From Lama guanicoe (Eukaryota): 64,000 bases of DNA. Made by a program: the position numbers and the translations under genes. The stretch lies in the NCBI GenBank assembly GCA_013239625.1, contig MU053629.1, forward strand, positions 1,267,567 through 1,331,566. Reading direction: 5' to 3'. Positions 26,122-38,592 of this stretch are shown in pieces (within the stretch, counting starts at the first letter, position 1; each line of letters opens with the position of its first letter). The notes below the pieces were generated by a model, which ran no database searches, had not been told where the DNA came from, and was given only the letters and a program-made list of their open reading frames with translations.

Positions 26122-26864
26122 TGAAACGCCAGCGTACGAGGAGACGGATGTTAGATGAACTGAGCTCTATAAAATTAAGCTGCTTTGACCAGTTTGGAAA
26201 GGCACAGGGATTGGCGGGAGGGTGGTGTGGGGATATTGAATTGGGATAACTTGAATTAAATAGAGAGGACTGGAATTTAATTGGTTGGGGAGTTGGCTGA
26301 GTTAAGAGATGAGTTGCAGACCCACCTCCTGCTCCTAAGGAACGTGTACTGAGCACCTGACCCTCGTCAGGAACTGTGGGAAGCACTGGGCATACGTCAC
26401 GGCCCCACGCCCCCTCAGGGCAAGCGCTCATGCGAGGCAAGCCAGGTGCCCAGGGTGCAAACCCTAGGGAGACGCGCGTGCTCAGTGTCATGCAAGTGCG
26501 TCCTCCTCCCAGCCCTGCATCCCTTCAGCAACCCCCAGCCCCATTTCACAGATCAGGAAACAGAGGCTTAGGAAGGCTTGGCAGTGTGTCCCCATGGACT
26601 AAATTAGCGGTGGAGGGGGGATGCAAGGCCGGAAGGTCTGTGCCCATAACCCCCTCTGCGTGCTGCCTCTCTGACAGCAAGTGGTGGAGCCGAGAAATGT
26701 ACCCGCCTCCTTCCAGCCCACATTTCATACCCACGACTTGATTTATGTGGCGTGGCATTCACACATTTTTTTTCTTCAGTCTTTTCATTTAATTTTGGAA
26801 ACATATTTCCAACAGGAATTTACTTACTGGGCATAGAGTTTTGAGTTGTTAAATAGTCCTCTTA

Positions 26865-27004
26865 GGGGGAGAGGATATAGCTCAAGTGGTAGAGTGCATG
26901 CTTAGCATGCACAAGGTCCTAGGTTCAATCCCCAGTACCTCCTCCAAAAAATAAATAACTAAATCTAATTGCCTCCCCCCAGAAAAAATAAATAAAAATT
27001 AAAA
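26865..27004 (+). mobile_element. tRNA-Ala-derived SINE
   Basis: Full head and tail; perfect TSD TTAAATAGTCCTCTTA at 26849-26864 and 27005-27020. Confidence 0.95.
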
Positions 27005-29309
27005 TTAAATAGTCCTCTTAAAACTGTGGTAATTCTTCAGTGTATTCTGGTGTTGGTGTTTTGTAGGAAGAAGTTTGAAGCCAATTTGAACTTCTATTTC
27101 TTTTTAAGAACTCTGCTATCTCTTGGCACTGAAATTTTTATTTTTAAAAAAAAAAAGTTTTTCCTTTTAAAAAAAAAAAAAAAAAACCAAAGCCAAAATA
27201 TCACTTGGGTACATCTGGAGATATTTTCATTAATATTCTCCAAAGTATGGTGGGGATTTCATCTTGTTATTTCTCAGGTTTTTAATTCTCTACAATATTA
27301 CATTTTACTCTAATTGTTGATTTTGTTCTGTTTGTTCCTGTTTTTCCCTCTGGAACTACTGTTGTTCTTAAGTTAGAGTTTCACAGTCTTTCCAACAGCC
27401 AGCATTTATCTTCTCCTTTATTGTTTTAAGCTCTTTGGGTGAGCGAAACCTCCCTACATAGGACAGAGTGGATAGAAGTACCTGACTTATGGAGGTGGGG
27501 TAGGAGGATCCATTCACAATCTCGGCTTTAGTGCGGCAGTTTGCAGCCCTGGCTGTTCCCATGAGTGCCTGGGAAACCTTCAAGATCCTAGCCCACCACA
27601 GATCTCTAGGGATGGGGCCCCAGCATCAAGATTTTTAAACCTCCCCAGCTTGAAACCTTCAAGGTTGAAAGTCACACACACCCTTACCGTCTTGAAGGCC
27701 TGGCTGATGAAATCAAGGAATAGGTTCCAAACCTGAAGAGATGGTTTCTGCCTTCCTACCCGCCACTCCTCCAAAGGCCTGAGAGTTTGCAAGGGATAAA
27801 TCAGGCCCGAGAGATGCTGGGTGAAAGGAAGGCGGACAATGTGCTGAAGGCTGGCACCCTGCAGCCTTCCTGCTGTCCTGTAAACAACAGGGGCAAGAAG
27901 ATAGCAAGATGGGTGTTTGGACCCCAAACATGCTTGTTTTAGTGTAAGCAAGATTGGAAATTTTTCAGTCCTGCCTTGTAGGGTGGTGCCAAAGAGAAGG
28001 GTGGAAATAGGGCTGGTTCTGTTATCTTGCACCTCGGGGCCACCCTTCGCTAGAGGCTCTCTCACTTGCCTCCTTATCCCCGAAGCTGCCTTGTTTATAC
28101 ACCTGGGACCTGAGGGAAGATGTGAAGTTGCACAGGATCCTGTCATGTCATCATAAGAGGGAGGGCACAGGACTTAGATGCAGAGAGGAGTGGTCTTCTG
28201 TGTGCCTGGGCTCAGCCAGGGACAATCTGAGTGGCCTTAACAGATCACTTAGCCTGCCTAACTCTCAATTTTGTCTACAATCTCAATCTACAAAAAGGGG
28301 GCATTATTCCTGCTCTGCTTCCCACCTAGACTTGGTCTAAGCAGGTTAAAGGAGATACTAGATGCAAGCCATGCCTGGACAATGTTGACACTCAATGCAG
28401 CTATTAATTTTTATGGCTCAAATTAGAATTTCACACGTCAACTCTGGACCCTCATGGAAGGCTACAGTCTTCTGTAAATACCTGAAAGGACTTTTAAAAA
28501 TCTTTGATAGTATTTCATGCTCTATCTTTGTAAGTATTTCATTATGAAGCCTATATTAATTTACTTGATCTCTATCTACCTTACATAGATAGTCAAAATT
28601 TGCTACTTGAGGAAGAGTCTATAAATTTTTCTAGCTTATCATTTCCAGGGACTCATTACTATGCAGCTGTTTTCAAGGACCAGAAACAGATTGTTTTCAA
28701 AGCCTGGGAGATTTTTAGAAACATAGACTCTCAGGCTTCACCCCAGACTTATGATTCAGAGACTCAGAAACTACATTTTACAAGACCCCCAAGTGATTCG
28801 ATGTACATTTTAGTGTGAAAAGCCTTGTCCTAGTCACTAACCTACAGGGTCTGAGAAAAGCTATGGGAAAGAAGTGATTCCCGTGCTTGTTACAGTTTGA
28901 GAAGCACTCACCTCGAAAAGCTTCCAGACTCTTGTGTCAAGAGGTGCTTTTGACTCTGCTAGGGGGTGCCAGTGCCCCCAGTGTGGAAAGAGTGACTCCT
29001 GAGATTAAAGTGCTGAGAAGAGGAAACCAGGGGCAATTAGATGTTGAGTGTGAGGCATTGTGCATGCGATTACTTGCAAGACCATTATCCCATTTTACAG
29101 ATGAAGAAACTGAGGTTGATTAAGAATGAGTAACTTGACTAAAGTCTTGCATCTGGTTAGTGGAGGAGCTGGGATTGTAATTAGTCTCTGAGTATCTCCT
29201 TTATAAGACATGGCCTAGTCCACCACTCCACTCTCCCTTTCCCAGTAGAAGACCTTCTAAATGCTCTTTTAGGCTCAAGCATCTAGCTTAAATGCAGGTC
29301 TTTATATTA

Positions 29310-29830
29310 CAGTACTTTTCTCATTGTGGCCAGTGTCTAATTCCAGAACGTTTTCATCACTCAATAAAGAAACCCCATATCCATGAGCAGTCACTTCCCA
29401 GTCACCCCACCCCCAAGCCTCTGGAAACCACTAATCTACTTTCTGTCTCAGTGGATTTGCCTACTCTGAACATTTCATGTAAATGGAATCACACAACATG
29501 CGGTCTTTGGTGACTGGATTCTTTCACTTAGCAGATGTGTTCAAGCTTCACCTGTGTTTGACATGATCAGAACCTCACTCCTTTTTATTGCCGTATAGCG
29601 TGCAGTTGCATGGATGGAGCACGTTTTGTTCATCCGTTCATCAGTTGGTGGACGTTTAGATTGCTTACACTTTTTGATTATTATGGATAATGCAGCTGTG
29701 AACATTGGTGTACAAGGTTCGTGTGCACAGAGGCTTTCAATTCTCTTGGGTTCACGCCTAGGAGTGGAATTTGCTGGGTCATATGGTAACGCTATGTTTA
29801 ACTTTTTGAGGAACTGTCAGATTGTTTTCA
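29310..29830 (-). mobile_element. Old L1 (L1MB-like) 3' fragment
   Basis: aaccactaatctactttctgtctc...tttaactttttgaggaactgtcagattgtttt motifs. Confidence 0.85.
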
Positions 29831-30605
29831 AAGAATATTTTCACCATTTTGATACGGTATTAGATTTAAACAAGAGCAGAATTTATTTATTTGGTTTGTT
29901 TGTTTCAACAAGAGCAGAATTTATTCGAAGAGACCCAGGGAGCCATGAAATTAAACAGACAAGAATAGAAGTGATTCCATGAACTTTAACCCAAACCACA
30001 TCTGACTATGTAGTTATTGAAAAACAGGCAAAAAATGAAATTTGACCTAAACCCAAGAAAGCTGGTTGTCTTAAGAGCCTGTGACTGTTGATGACAGAGC
30101 CCGGGACCCAAGTCCCTAATTGCCACCAATTCACCGTGTGACCTTGGGCAAGAGACTTGCTCTGTCTGGCCTCAGTTTTCTCAACTCTGGAATGAGTTTG
30201 TGGCTGACCGTGCTCTCATTGACGACAGTTTGCGTCAGTCTCTGGCATTTTCACAACGCTGTAGCTTCTGCTTGCAGTGGCCGTGGGCTTTTCTGGCATA
30301 AATATTCACTCTGGGGCCCAAGAAGCCTCAAGGAGTTGCTGAAATTACAGGTGCACCCAAGGGCCTTTCAGGAATGATGACAAGTGAGGGGTTTTTCCAG
30401 TCGTGTGCTCCGTGGCAGGCAGCATCTGACACCGCAGGGACAGGGGTGCTCAGCCACTGTGAACTGAAGCGCATGGGCACCCGGCTTCCGGCTACCGTGA
30501 AAATAAGGATGGAATTCACCTGCAAGGAAAGAATAAGTAGCAACAGCAGCCACCAAACCAAACTGCACATATTTAAGCTTGGCTTTTGAAAAATAACATT
30601 TGTCA

Positions 30606-30738
30606 GGGGAGGGTGCAGCTCAGTGGTAGAGCGCGTGCTTAGCATGCACACGGTCCTGGGTTCAATCCCCAGCACCTCTGTTAAAATAAATAAATAAACC
30701 TAATTATCTCCCCACAAAAAAGAAAAAAAAAATACAAA
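30606..30738 (+). mobile_element. tRNA-Ala-derived SINE
   Basis: Full head; TSD AAAAATAACATTT at ~30589-30601 and ~30739-30751. Confidence 0.95.
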
Positions 30739-31130
30739 AAAAATAACATTTATCATACGTTATTTATTATAAAAGTAATAAATGCTCATTACGGAAAAGG
30801 TTAAAACATAGAAAAACTTGATGATGAATATAAAAATCAAGTATAATACAACCATCAAAAAACCCACAATTTACAGTTTGACGTTGGTTCTTCGTACTTA
30901 CTGTCTTCATATATTTCTTATTACTAAATTGGTATTACACTCTCTGTACAGTTTTCTATATTTTTCGCTCATTCCATGTCATTAGAGTCTTCAGAAACCT
31001 GGTTTTAATGATTACAGACTATTCCACTACATAGATACACTATTGTTTACTTAGCCACTCATTTCTTATTAGACGTTTATAGGGGGAGGGACTCCCTAAG
31101 GTTTGTCTCTGAAAATAAATGATGTTCAAC

Positions 31131-31270
31131 TTTTTTTTTTAACTTTTTTTGGAGGGAGGAGGGGAAATTAGGTTTATTTATTTGTTTATTAATGGAGGTA
31201 CCGGGGATTGAACCCAGGACCTTGTGCATGCTAAGCACGTGCTCTACCACTGAGCTACACCCTCTCCCCC
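31131..31270 (-). mobile_element. tRNA-Ala-derived SINE
   Basis: Reverse-complement head and poly-T; flanking atgttca repeat. Confidence 0.92.
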
Positions 31271-31936
31271 GCCACAATGTTCATCTTTGTTTTGGGAATC
31301 CCGCACGCCCTGGCATCCAAAGCCCTTCACAAGTTGACTCCAACCTGTCTTTCCATCCTCAGCTGCCATAAGTCTCCATCCAATGCTGGACAGGTGTTTG
31401 GCTTATGTGCACTGATGGAGCTGTCCTGTTTGTTAAAATACTAGCAAACTTCAGCAGGGGGATTAAATTTCTAGGAAGTCATCTCTGACTGCTCTCCTGA
31501 GCACCCCACCACTACCCCAGTACCCCCATAGGAACCTGCCCTCAAACCCAACAACCCAAGTCCCGCCTGGCCGGCAGTCATTATGGCTTGTTAGTGCCTG
31601 CTCTTTCCAGTGTTACCCCTGGACTTTGACGCCTTGTCCAGGTGGCCCTTCGTTTAGGCTGCTTCCTCCACCTGGAAAACGGTTCTCATCCCTCTAAACC
31701 TTGCCAGTCCTTCAAAACCTACGTCCCACCTTCTCCGTGAAAATTTCCCTGGTAGCTCCAGCTCAGTCTGATCTCTTGGCCCTATAAACTCTTACAGTCT
31801 TGACTTGTTATATTTTAGTTATTTCTGTCTTCAGAACACTGTTGACATAGCCATCTGCGGTGTAACTTTCTTACTCAGCTTTTCATACATGCTCCTCTTT
31901 CTCCCCAGCTACATCCTAAGGGCCTCTGAGACAGGA

Positions 31937-32292
31937 GTGGTAGAGACCACGCTATGTCTCACCATGCTGTTGCCTCTTCCCCAGCACACAGGCAAACAAC
32001 TTTTCCTCCTCTCCCCTGCTGTTGGGTTGGGACCATGTGAGTTCTAACCCAGAAAATGTGCATAGAAGGGGGATGTGGCCCTTAAAAGGTTTCATGGACG
32101 CCTTCAACCCTGTCTCCTCCTTTCACAGTTAACAAGGTGGCATAGATGGTGGCCGGGGTGCCTGAGACACCACATGGAAGACAGCTGCTCAGGAGACCCA
32201 CTGACCTGCACTGGATGGTAACGTGAGCAAGAGTAAACCTTTAATGTGTGAAGCCACCTAGACTGGGAGTTTGTTAGCATAGCATTGACTAA
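31937..32292. mobile_element. MLT1-type LTR
   Basis: gttgggttgggaccatgtgagttctaacc and gagcaagagtaaacctttaatgtgtgaagccacc motifs. Confidence 0.7.
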
Positions 32293-32319
32293 CCCACAGC
32301 GCCCCCACCCCACCCCAAA

Positions 32320-32468
32320 CCTGGTTTTATATGTGCTACAAGCTAAGAAAGGTTTTTAAATTTTTAAAAGGGTATAAACAAACAACATGCAACAGAGGCA
32401 TATGTGGCTTACAAAGCCTGAAATATTTACTATCTGGCCCTTGACAGAAAATTTTTCGCTAACCCTTA
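32320..32468. mobile_element. MER58-like hAT element
   Basis: tatgtggcttacaaagcctgaaatatttactatctggcccttgacagaaaa. Confidence 0.8.
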
Positions 32469-32548
32469 GGCTAACCTGTAACTCCACACAGCACGCAGCA
32501 CAGTACAAGACATGTTAGCACCCCATCCTTCAATATCTGCTTAGTACA

Positions 32549-32674
32549 GAGGGGTGTATAGCTCAGTGGTAGAGCGCGTGCTTGGCATGGACAAGGTCCT
32601 GGGTTCAATCTTCATACCTCTATTATAAATCAATCAGTCAACCGATCAATCAGTCTATTACCTCCCTCCCCCCA
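32549..32674 (+). mobile_element. tRNA-Ala-derived SINE (anticodon position GGC)
   Basis: ggggtgtatagctcagtggtagagcgcgtgcttggcatgg...; short agtaca TSD. Confidence 0.9.
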
Positions 32675-33468
32675 AGTACATGAAATCGTGTACTTCACTT
32701 GTGCCTGCTTCATCACTGCACCCATATATGGTATTCAGCCAATACATGTAGACTTATTGAATGAATACAGATACACCCACATACACCCTGTTGTGCTCAG
32801 TGTTAGCTCTTCTGGGAAGCAGAGCGCGTGTAAATACAAGGAAAGTGAACAGTGTGCCAGATTTGAGTTTATATACCCCGCAGATCCCCTTGGCCCAGCT
32901 GCCTTCTCCATCCCAGGCCTCAGCCCCTCACCCTGCTCCTTGGCCCAAGTGGCCCTGGCAGTAGCTCAGGCTGTTCCTGAGGTCATAAGGCCAGCTGTCA
33001 GCTGGCGGAGGCAGAAAGGCAAGACAACATCGAATATACAGACAGGCAAAGGGTGCCGTGCCTCACCCTTCTGCTTTATGCTTTTTGTGGCCCCGACGTG
33101 TTTGACCTTTTGAGGAGCCTGTAGTTAGAGCAGCTGCATGCTGCTGATGTGTGGTGTAGGCTTAAACCATAGCAGCATCTGCCCCAGTAAGACACTCTTG
33201 CCAAGGGGTCCCTAAAAGACAGCATGGAATCGAGAAGATTCTAAGAAAGGAGACAGAGCAAGAAGGAGGAGGGCAGATTTGAAACAGGACCAGCCAGGAG
33301 GCTTCCACGTGGTTCCTTCAAGAACGAGAAGAGAGGCCCCGGGGAACAGCATGGGTGCTGCCCCTACACCCTACCCCCCCCCCAGCAGGATCTAGGAACA
33401 GAGGAGCCGTGGGGGGTGCCCCACCTCTGAGCCTGGGCGGGCTGCAGGGAGCTGCGTGTCTGGTGTGA

Positions 33469-33487
33469 GGGCGCCCCCTAGGGACCC
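33469..33487 (-). promoter_or_regulatory. CTCF-like motif
   Basis: Minus strand GGGTCCCTAGGGGGCGCC versus consensus TGGCCACYAGGGGGCGC. Confidence 0.35.
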
Positions 33488-33842
33488 AAGGCCGCTGGAG
33501 CGTGGGACACACGAGGGCCTTTGAGAGCTGAGCCTGGCAGCGCCCACCCGCCCTGTCCATGAATGGAGTCTTTCTTTTGGCACTTGTCAGAACTCAATGC
33601 CCTCTGTGCTGAGAGGAGGCCCACTGGCATAGAAATAACCTCAAGCTTCCAGAAACGTTTTATGGAAAGATTCAGGAGCTCGAGACAGAACAGTCCCAAG
33701 AAAGACATTGGGAATTTTTAAACTTAGAGAAGAAAATATAGGAGATTATCTATCTGACCTCAGGTAGAAAATAATTTCTTAAACAAGACCCCAAAAGGAA
33801 AGACTGAGGTTGACTGCACTAAAAGTAAGACTGTCCATTCGT

Positions 33843-33843
<1 letters not shown>

Positions 33844-33893
<50 letters not shown>
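33844..33893 (+). repeat. Pure poly(A), 50 nt
   Basis: Uninterrupted A run followed by (GAAA)n, inside an old L1 fragment. Confidence 0.95.
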
Positions 33894-33895
<2 letters not shown>

Positions 33896-33987
33896 AAGAA
33901 AGAAAAACAAAATCACACAGAGCGTAAGATAAGCTGAAGGCTGGGAGAAAACACATGTCAAAGAATTTGAATCCAGAGTCTATAAAG

Positions 33988-34123
33988 AGGGGGTAAGGTA
34001 CAGCTCAGTGGTAGAGTGCATGCCTAGCATGCATGAGGTCCTGGGTTCAATCCCCGGTACCTCCATTAAAAAAATAAATAAACCTAATTACCACCACTCC
34101 CCGCCCCCCAAAAAAACCCAAAA
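33988..34123 (+). mobile_element. tRNA-Ala-derived SINE within an old L1ME-like region (~33710-35160)
   Basis: Head and tail; approximate TSD agagtct(a/g)taa. Confidence 0.9.
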
Positions 34124-35234
34124 TAGAGTCTGTAATCAGTAAGGCGAGAACAGACAACTTAGTTTTTTAAACGGGCAAAAGACATGAACAGGCTTTCAGA
34201 GATAAATTCAGAAGGACCACAAGCATGCGAAAAGATGCTCTTCCTCCTTGGTAATAAGGGAAATGCAGGATAAAACCAAATTGAGGCAACAATTCCATGG
34301 CCATCAGGTTGGCAGCAATTTAAAAGACAGGCGGTATCTGGCCGGGGCAGGGGTGTGGAACAGCGGGGGTTCTCACTCACTGTATGTGGGTGTGTTCATT
34401 AGTACAACCCCTTGGAACCATCTGGCCTTATCTTGTAAAACTGAAGACACACCCCTCTCGCGGCGATGATACAGCATAAGGAATAGTCAACAATATTGTA
34501 ATACCTGTGAAGGAGGACAGATGGTTCCTAGACATTGTGGTGATCATTTCTTAATGTATGCAAACGTCAAATCATTGCATAAAACACCTGAAACGAACAT
34601 AATGCTGTTCATCAACTATTTCAATTAAAAAACACAATTTTTTAAGACATACATACCATATGACCCAGCACTCCACTTCTAGGTCTGTATAAACTCTGAC
34701 ACATACGCAACAGGAAACATACCAGTGTTGTTTGTAATATCCCCAGCTGTCCACTTGCTGTAGGATGGATACATAAATTGCGGTCCATCCCCACAGTGAA
34801 ACACTAGAGGATCTGAAAATGAATGGACCACGGCTGCATCTGTCCACACACGGAGATGACCAACACGAAAAGCAAGTGACAGAAGAATGCTTATAACACG
34901 ATCCCCTTTATAAAAGTTCAGAGATGGGAAAAACTAAACGATAAATTGCTTAGGGATAATGTATATGTGGTAAAGCTATTTTTTAAAAGCAAGAGAAAGA
35001 TTATCACAAAATGAGGATCGCAGGGTGAAGAGAGTGCATCAGAGAAGCACGAGGAGGGGCTTCGCTGGTGACATTTTAAGCTCAGTATGGGGGGGGTTGT
35101 TTTATTCTTCTTCTTTAAATTGTCTTTACATGTTGCATGTATTCTTGTATGAATGAACTTTTCATCAGGAACTCTTTTTTAAGAACGAGATCTGGGTTTT
35201 TTAAAGGGCAGTCCAGCCACTATCAGAGGGTGCT

Positions 35235-35251
35235 TTCTTTTTCTTTTTTTC

Positions 35252-35283
<32 letters not shown>

Positions 35284-35293
35284 TTTTTTTTTT
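35235..35293. repeat. (CTT)n and poly(T) tract
   Basis: Directly visible in the sequence. Confidence 0.9.
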
Positions 35294-36114
35294 GGCTATT
35301 TCCTTGCTTTATTTAGCTTCATCTGATGGTGTTGATAATTGTTTTCTCATTATCATGCTAATTTGTCAACTGGGGCATTTTCAGCTGAACAAGGATTGTT
35401 CCAGAATCGGGTAACTAGCAATCAAGGCTGGCTGGAGGGTGTCGCCAAAGGGTATTTTCTGTGTAGCTGATGTGCATACGAAGTGGGCTGAAGGCACAGC
35501 AAGGGGACGCTAACACAGGGGGCTTTCCCCTTGCCAGGCTTTACTGCCCAGAATCTCAACAGGCATCAAAAACACAGCCAAGAATGAACCAAGGGGCTGA
35601 ATTTAATGACAATGAAGTAGAACTTACTGCTCTACCTGATAGTCCCTCTGTGACATCTGTGTAATGTTTCTTTGATATGAGAGTTAACTCAGTCAGTTTC
35701 CATAATCCCCCAAAAGGTAGGCAGAGAAGTTTATTTTTATGACTATTGTAGGGAGCAAGAAATCATGTCACAGAGAGGTGATGTGACTTGCCCAAGGTCA
35801 CACAGCCATCACTAGGTCTTAGAACTCCTGGTCAAGTGCTCCTCTTACCACAGCTGCTGCCTCTCTGAGTGCAGAAGACAGAGATTCTGCCACAAGAGCC
35901 CCCAAGTCCTGACCATGTCCCCCTGTCCCACCACACCTTTCCTGGGAATGACAGCCCACCAAGGCTGTCTTCTCTGGTCTTGAGTTATACTCCCCTGGGT
36001 CCCATTCCGTAGGCTTCCTCTATTTCTTCTTCTCTAAGGAATCTTTCCTAATGCTTATTTTTCTTGTCTTTGTCACAGCCCCTCTAAGTGAATTTCTTTC
36101 TCCCGTCTACTACA

Positions 36115-36232
36115 TGTGTCCCATGGTATCTGCAAGGGTTGGTTCTAGAACCCCCCACGGATACTAAAATCTGCATACTCAAGTTCCTCGTATAAAATTG
36201 CATAATACTGTCTGCCCTGTTTATCAGCGGGT
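36115..36232. mobile_element. MER2/Tigger-like DNA transposon fragment
   Basis: ggtatctgcaagggttggttctagaaccccccacggatactaaaatctgcatactcaagttcctcgtataaaat. Confidence 0.8.
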
Positions 36233-37859
36233 GTGGAGGGCGGGCTGCATACATCATCAGTTTGTTGACACCCGTCCAGACTAGAGCATCCGTGGAAGCA
36301 CCCTGGGCACACAGATCCAGCAGATGGCCCTGTAGCGTGCAGTTGTTCTGAATGGAAACATACATGAGTAGTTTGAAAAAGCTCCCATGTGGTTCTGACT
36401 GGCCATTCCAGGTGCCCACACACACACCCCCAAACCCCCATTTGAGGACCAATAAAACAGTGATCTCTTAGCTGTGGGAGCTGATTGGGGTAGTTACTTA
36501 ACCTCGCTGAGCCTCCATTTCCAAATCTGTTGCTCCATAGGTGTTTTTAAGAAATTAGAGGTAGTGAGGTAGTGCCCACTACATGGCATGTGTAAATCAA
36601 ATGTTACTTGCCTTCATTGAACTATCCCAGAGAAATAGGAGTGAGGTATTAAAGCAGAAAGCCTTAACTGACAGAGTCAAAATCTCTCCCCCTCACACAG
36701 GCCCCATTTCTCACATTTGTAGTCTTCTTTCAGAAGGACTTGTGCTCTGGAAAAATATTTCAAGCTGCTGCTCAGAACCCTACATGGTGCAGTCCTTTGA
36801 CTTCTCAGTGAGGAAAGGCCCAGAGTTCTTGTTGGAAGCTATGTCGGAAAAGGAAACCAACTCCCAGCACAGAAATCATTCCCAGAACTGTGTTCCAGAG
36901 GTCGTCCAGGCTGGGAGGTGGCCAGTCCCCGGGCAAGGGGAAGGAGAGAATTGCAGACTCATTTCCATTCACATTCAGGACACAGGAAGGATGCAAGGGG
37001 AATCAGGAGCTAGGGGGTCTAGTTTGCTGTGTGAGTTTAGGCAAGTCGCTTCACTTCTCTGGGCCAAGGGTTTGGACCATGGACCCTTCCAACCTCAAGG
37101 ACACTGTATTCTTCAGAGTCACTAGGAAACCAGTTAACTCTCCAGTCACATAATTTTCATTTGCATTATCATAATCGAGGCTGATGTCCAATTCTCTCTC
37201 ATAAGCAGTGGGAAATTATGTCATTTCCACTCTTCAGTCAAGCACAGCCAAAGGTGTTACAGCATCACTTTTCTCACTTAAGTAGCTCCGGGCAGCAGAA
37301 TAGACTTGCACTTTAGATTCTGGAACAGAATCTTAGGAAGATTCCAGAAGGAGTTATTAACCCAATAAGCAATGCAGTAAGTACCATCCTGCCATCCTGG
37401 GCTGCAATATTGCAATCTTCTATTGCTTTTCTCTCTTCTAGGGAAAGAAATCAAACAGAGGTGCATTCAAAATTTTAATCACAATATGAACAGACATTTC
37501 ACATGAGTAATTATAAACAGTAATGTGCAAAAAAAGAACCTACCTACTGGAATAAAGAGAAATGCCGATTAAAGCAAATTTGGGACCCCATTTTAAACTA
37601 TTCTCAAAAAAAAATGTGTAAAAGCAGCAGTATTGCACCTGATAGTGCAACGAAATTGACTCACTGATATAATGTCGCAGGCGTTGTCAGTAAAAGCTCT
37701 TTTGGGAAGCAATATGGGAACACGTAGGATGAACTATATTCATGATTATTGAAAAATAATGCAATAAAAATCTGCATGAAGAAGTTAACATAATATCTAT
37801 CATGGCAGAAAAAGAGGAAACAGTTATGTGTCTAAGCTTAAGGAACTTGCTGCATAGAT

Positions 37860-38592
37860 TTTTTTTAATTGAAGTATAATCAGTTTACAATGTTGTGTCA
37901 GTTTCTGGTGCACAGCATCATGTTTCAGTCATACATATACGTACATATATTTGTTTTCACATTCTTTTTCATTATAGGTTACTATAAGAGGTTGAATATA
38001 GTTCCCTGTGATATACAGTAGAAACTTGTTTATCTTTTTATATACAGTAGTTAGTATCTGCAAATCTTGAACTCCCAATTTATCCCTCCTTCCCCCTTTT
38101 ACCCCCTGGTAACCTCAAGTTTGTTTTCTGTCTGAGTCTTTCTGTTTTGTAAATAAGTTCAGTAATCTTTTTTTTTTTTAGATTCCACATATATATGATA
38201 TCATATGGTATTTTTCTCTCTCTTTCTGGCTAACTTCACTTAAAATGACAATCTCCAGGTCCATCCAAGTTGCTACAAATGGTATTGTTTTATCCTTTTT
38301 ATGGCTAAGTAGTATTCCATTGTATAAATATACCACAACTTCTTTATCCAGTCATCTGTCAATGGACATTTAGGTTGCTTCAATATTTTGGCTATTGTAT
38401 ATATAGTGCTACTATGAACATTGGGGTGCATTTCTCTTTTTGAATTAGAGTTCCCTCCAGATATATGCCCAAGAGTCGGATTTCTGCCTCATATGGTAAG
38501 TCTATTTTTAGTTTTTTAAGGAATCTCCCTACTGTTTTCCATAATGGCTGCACCAAACTACATTCCCACCAACAGTGTAGGAGGGTTCCCAA
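37860..38592 (-). mobile_element. 5'-truncated L1
   Basis: ORF2 motif [18 protein letters not shown] in ORF 38392-38670; TSD tgcatag(a/c)tttt near 37851 and 38594. Confidence 0.95.
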
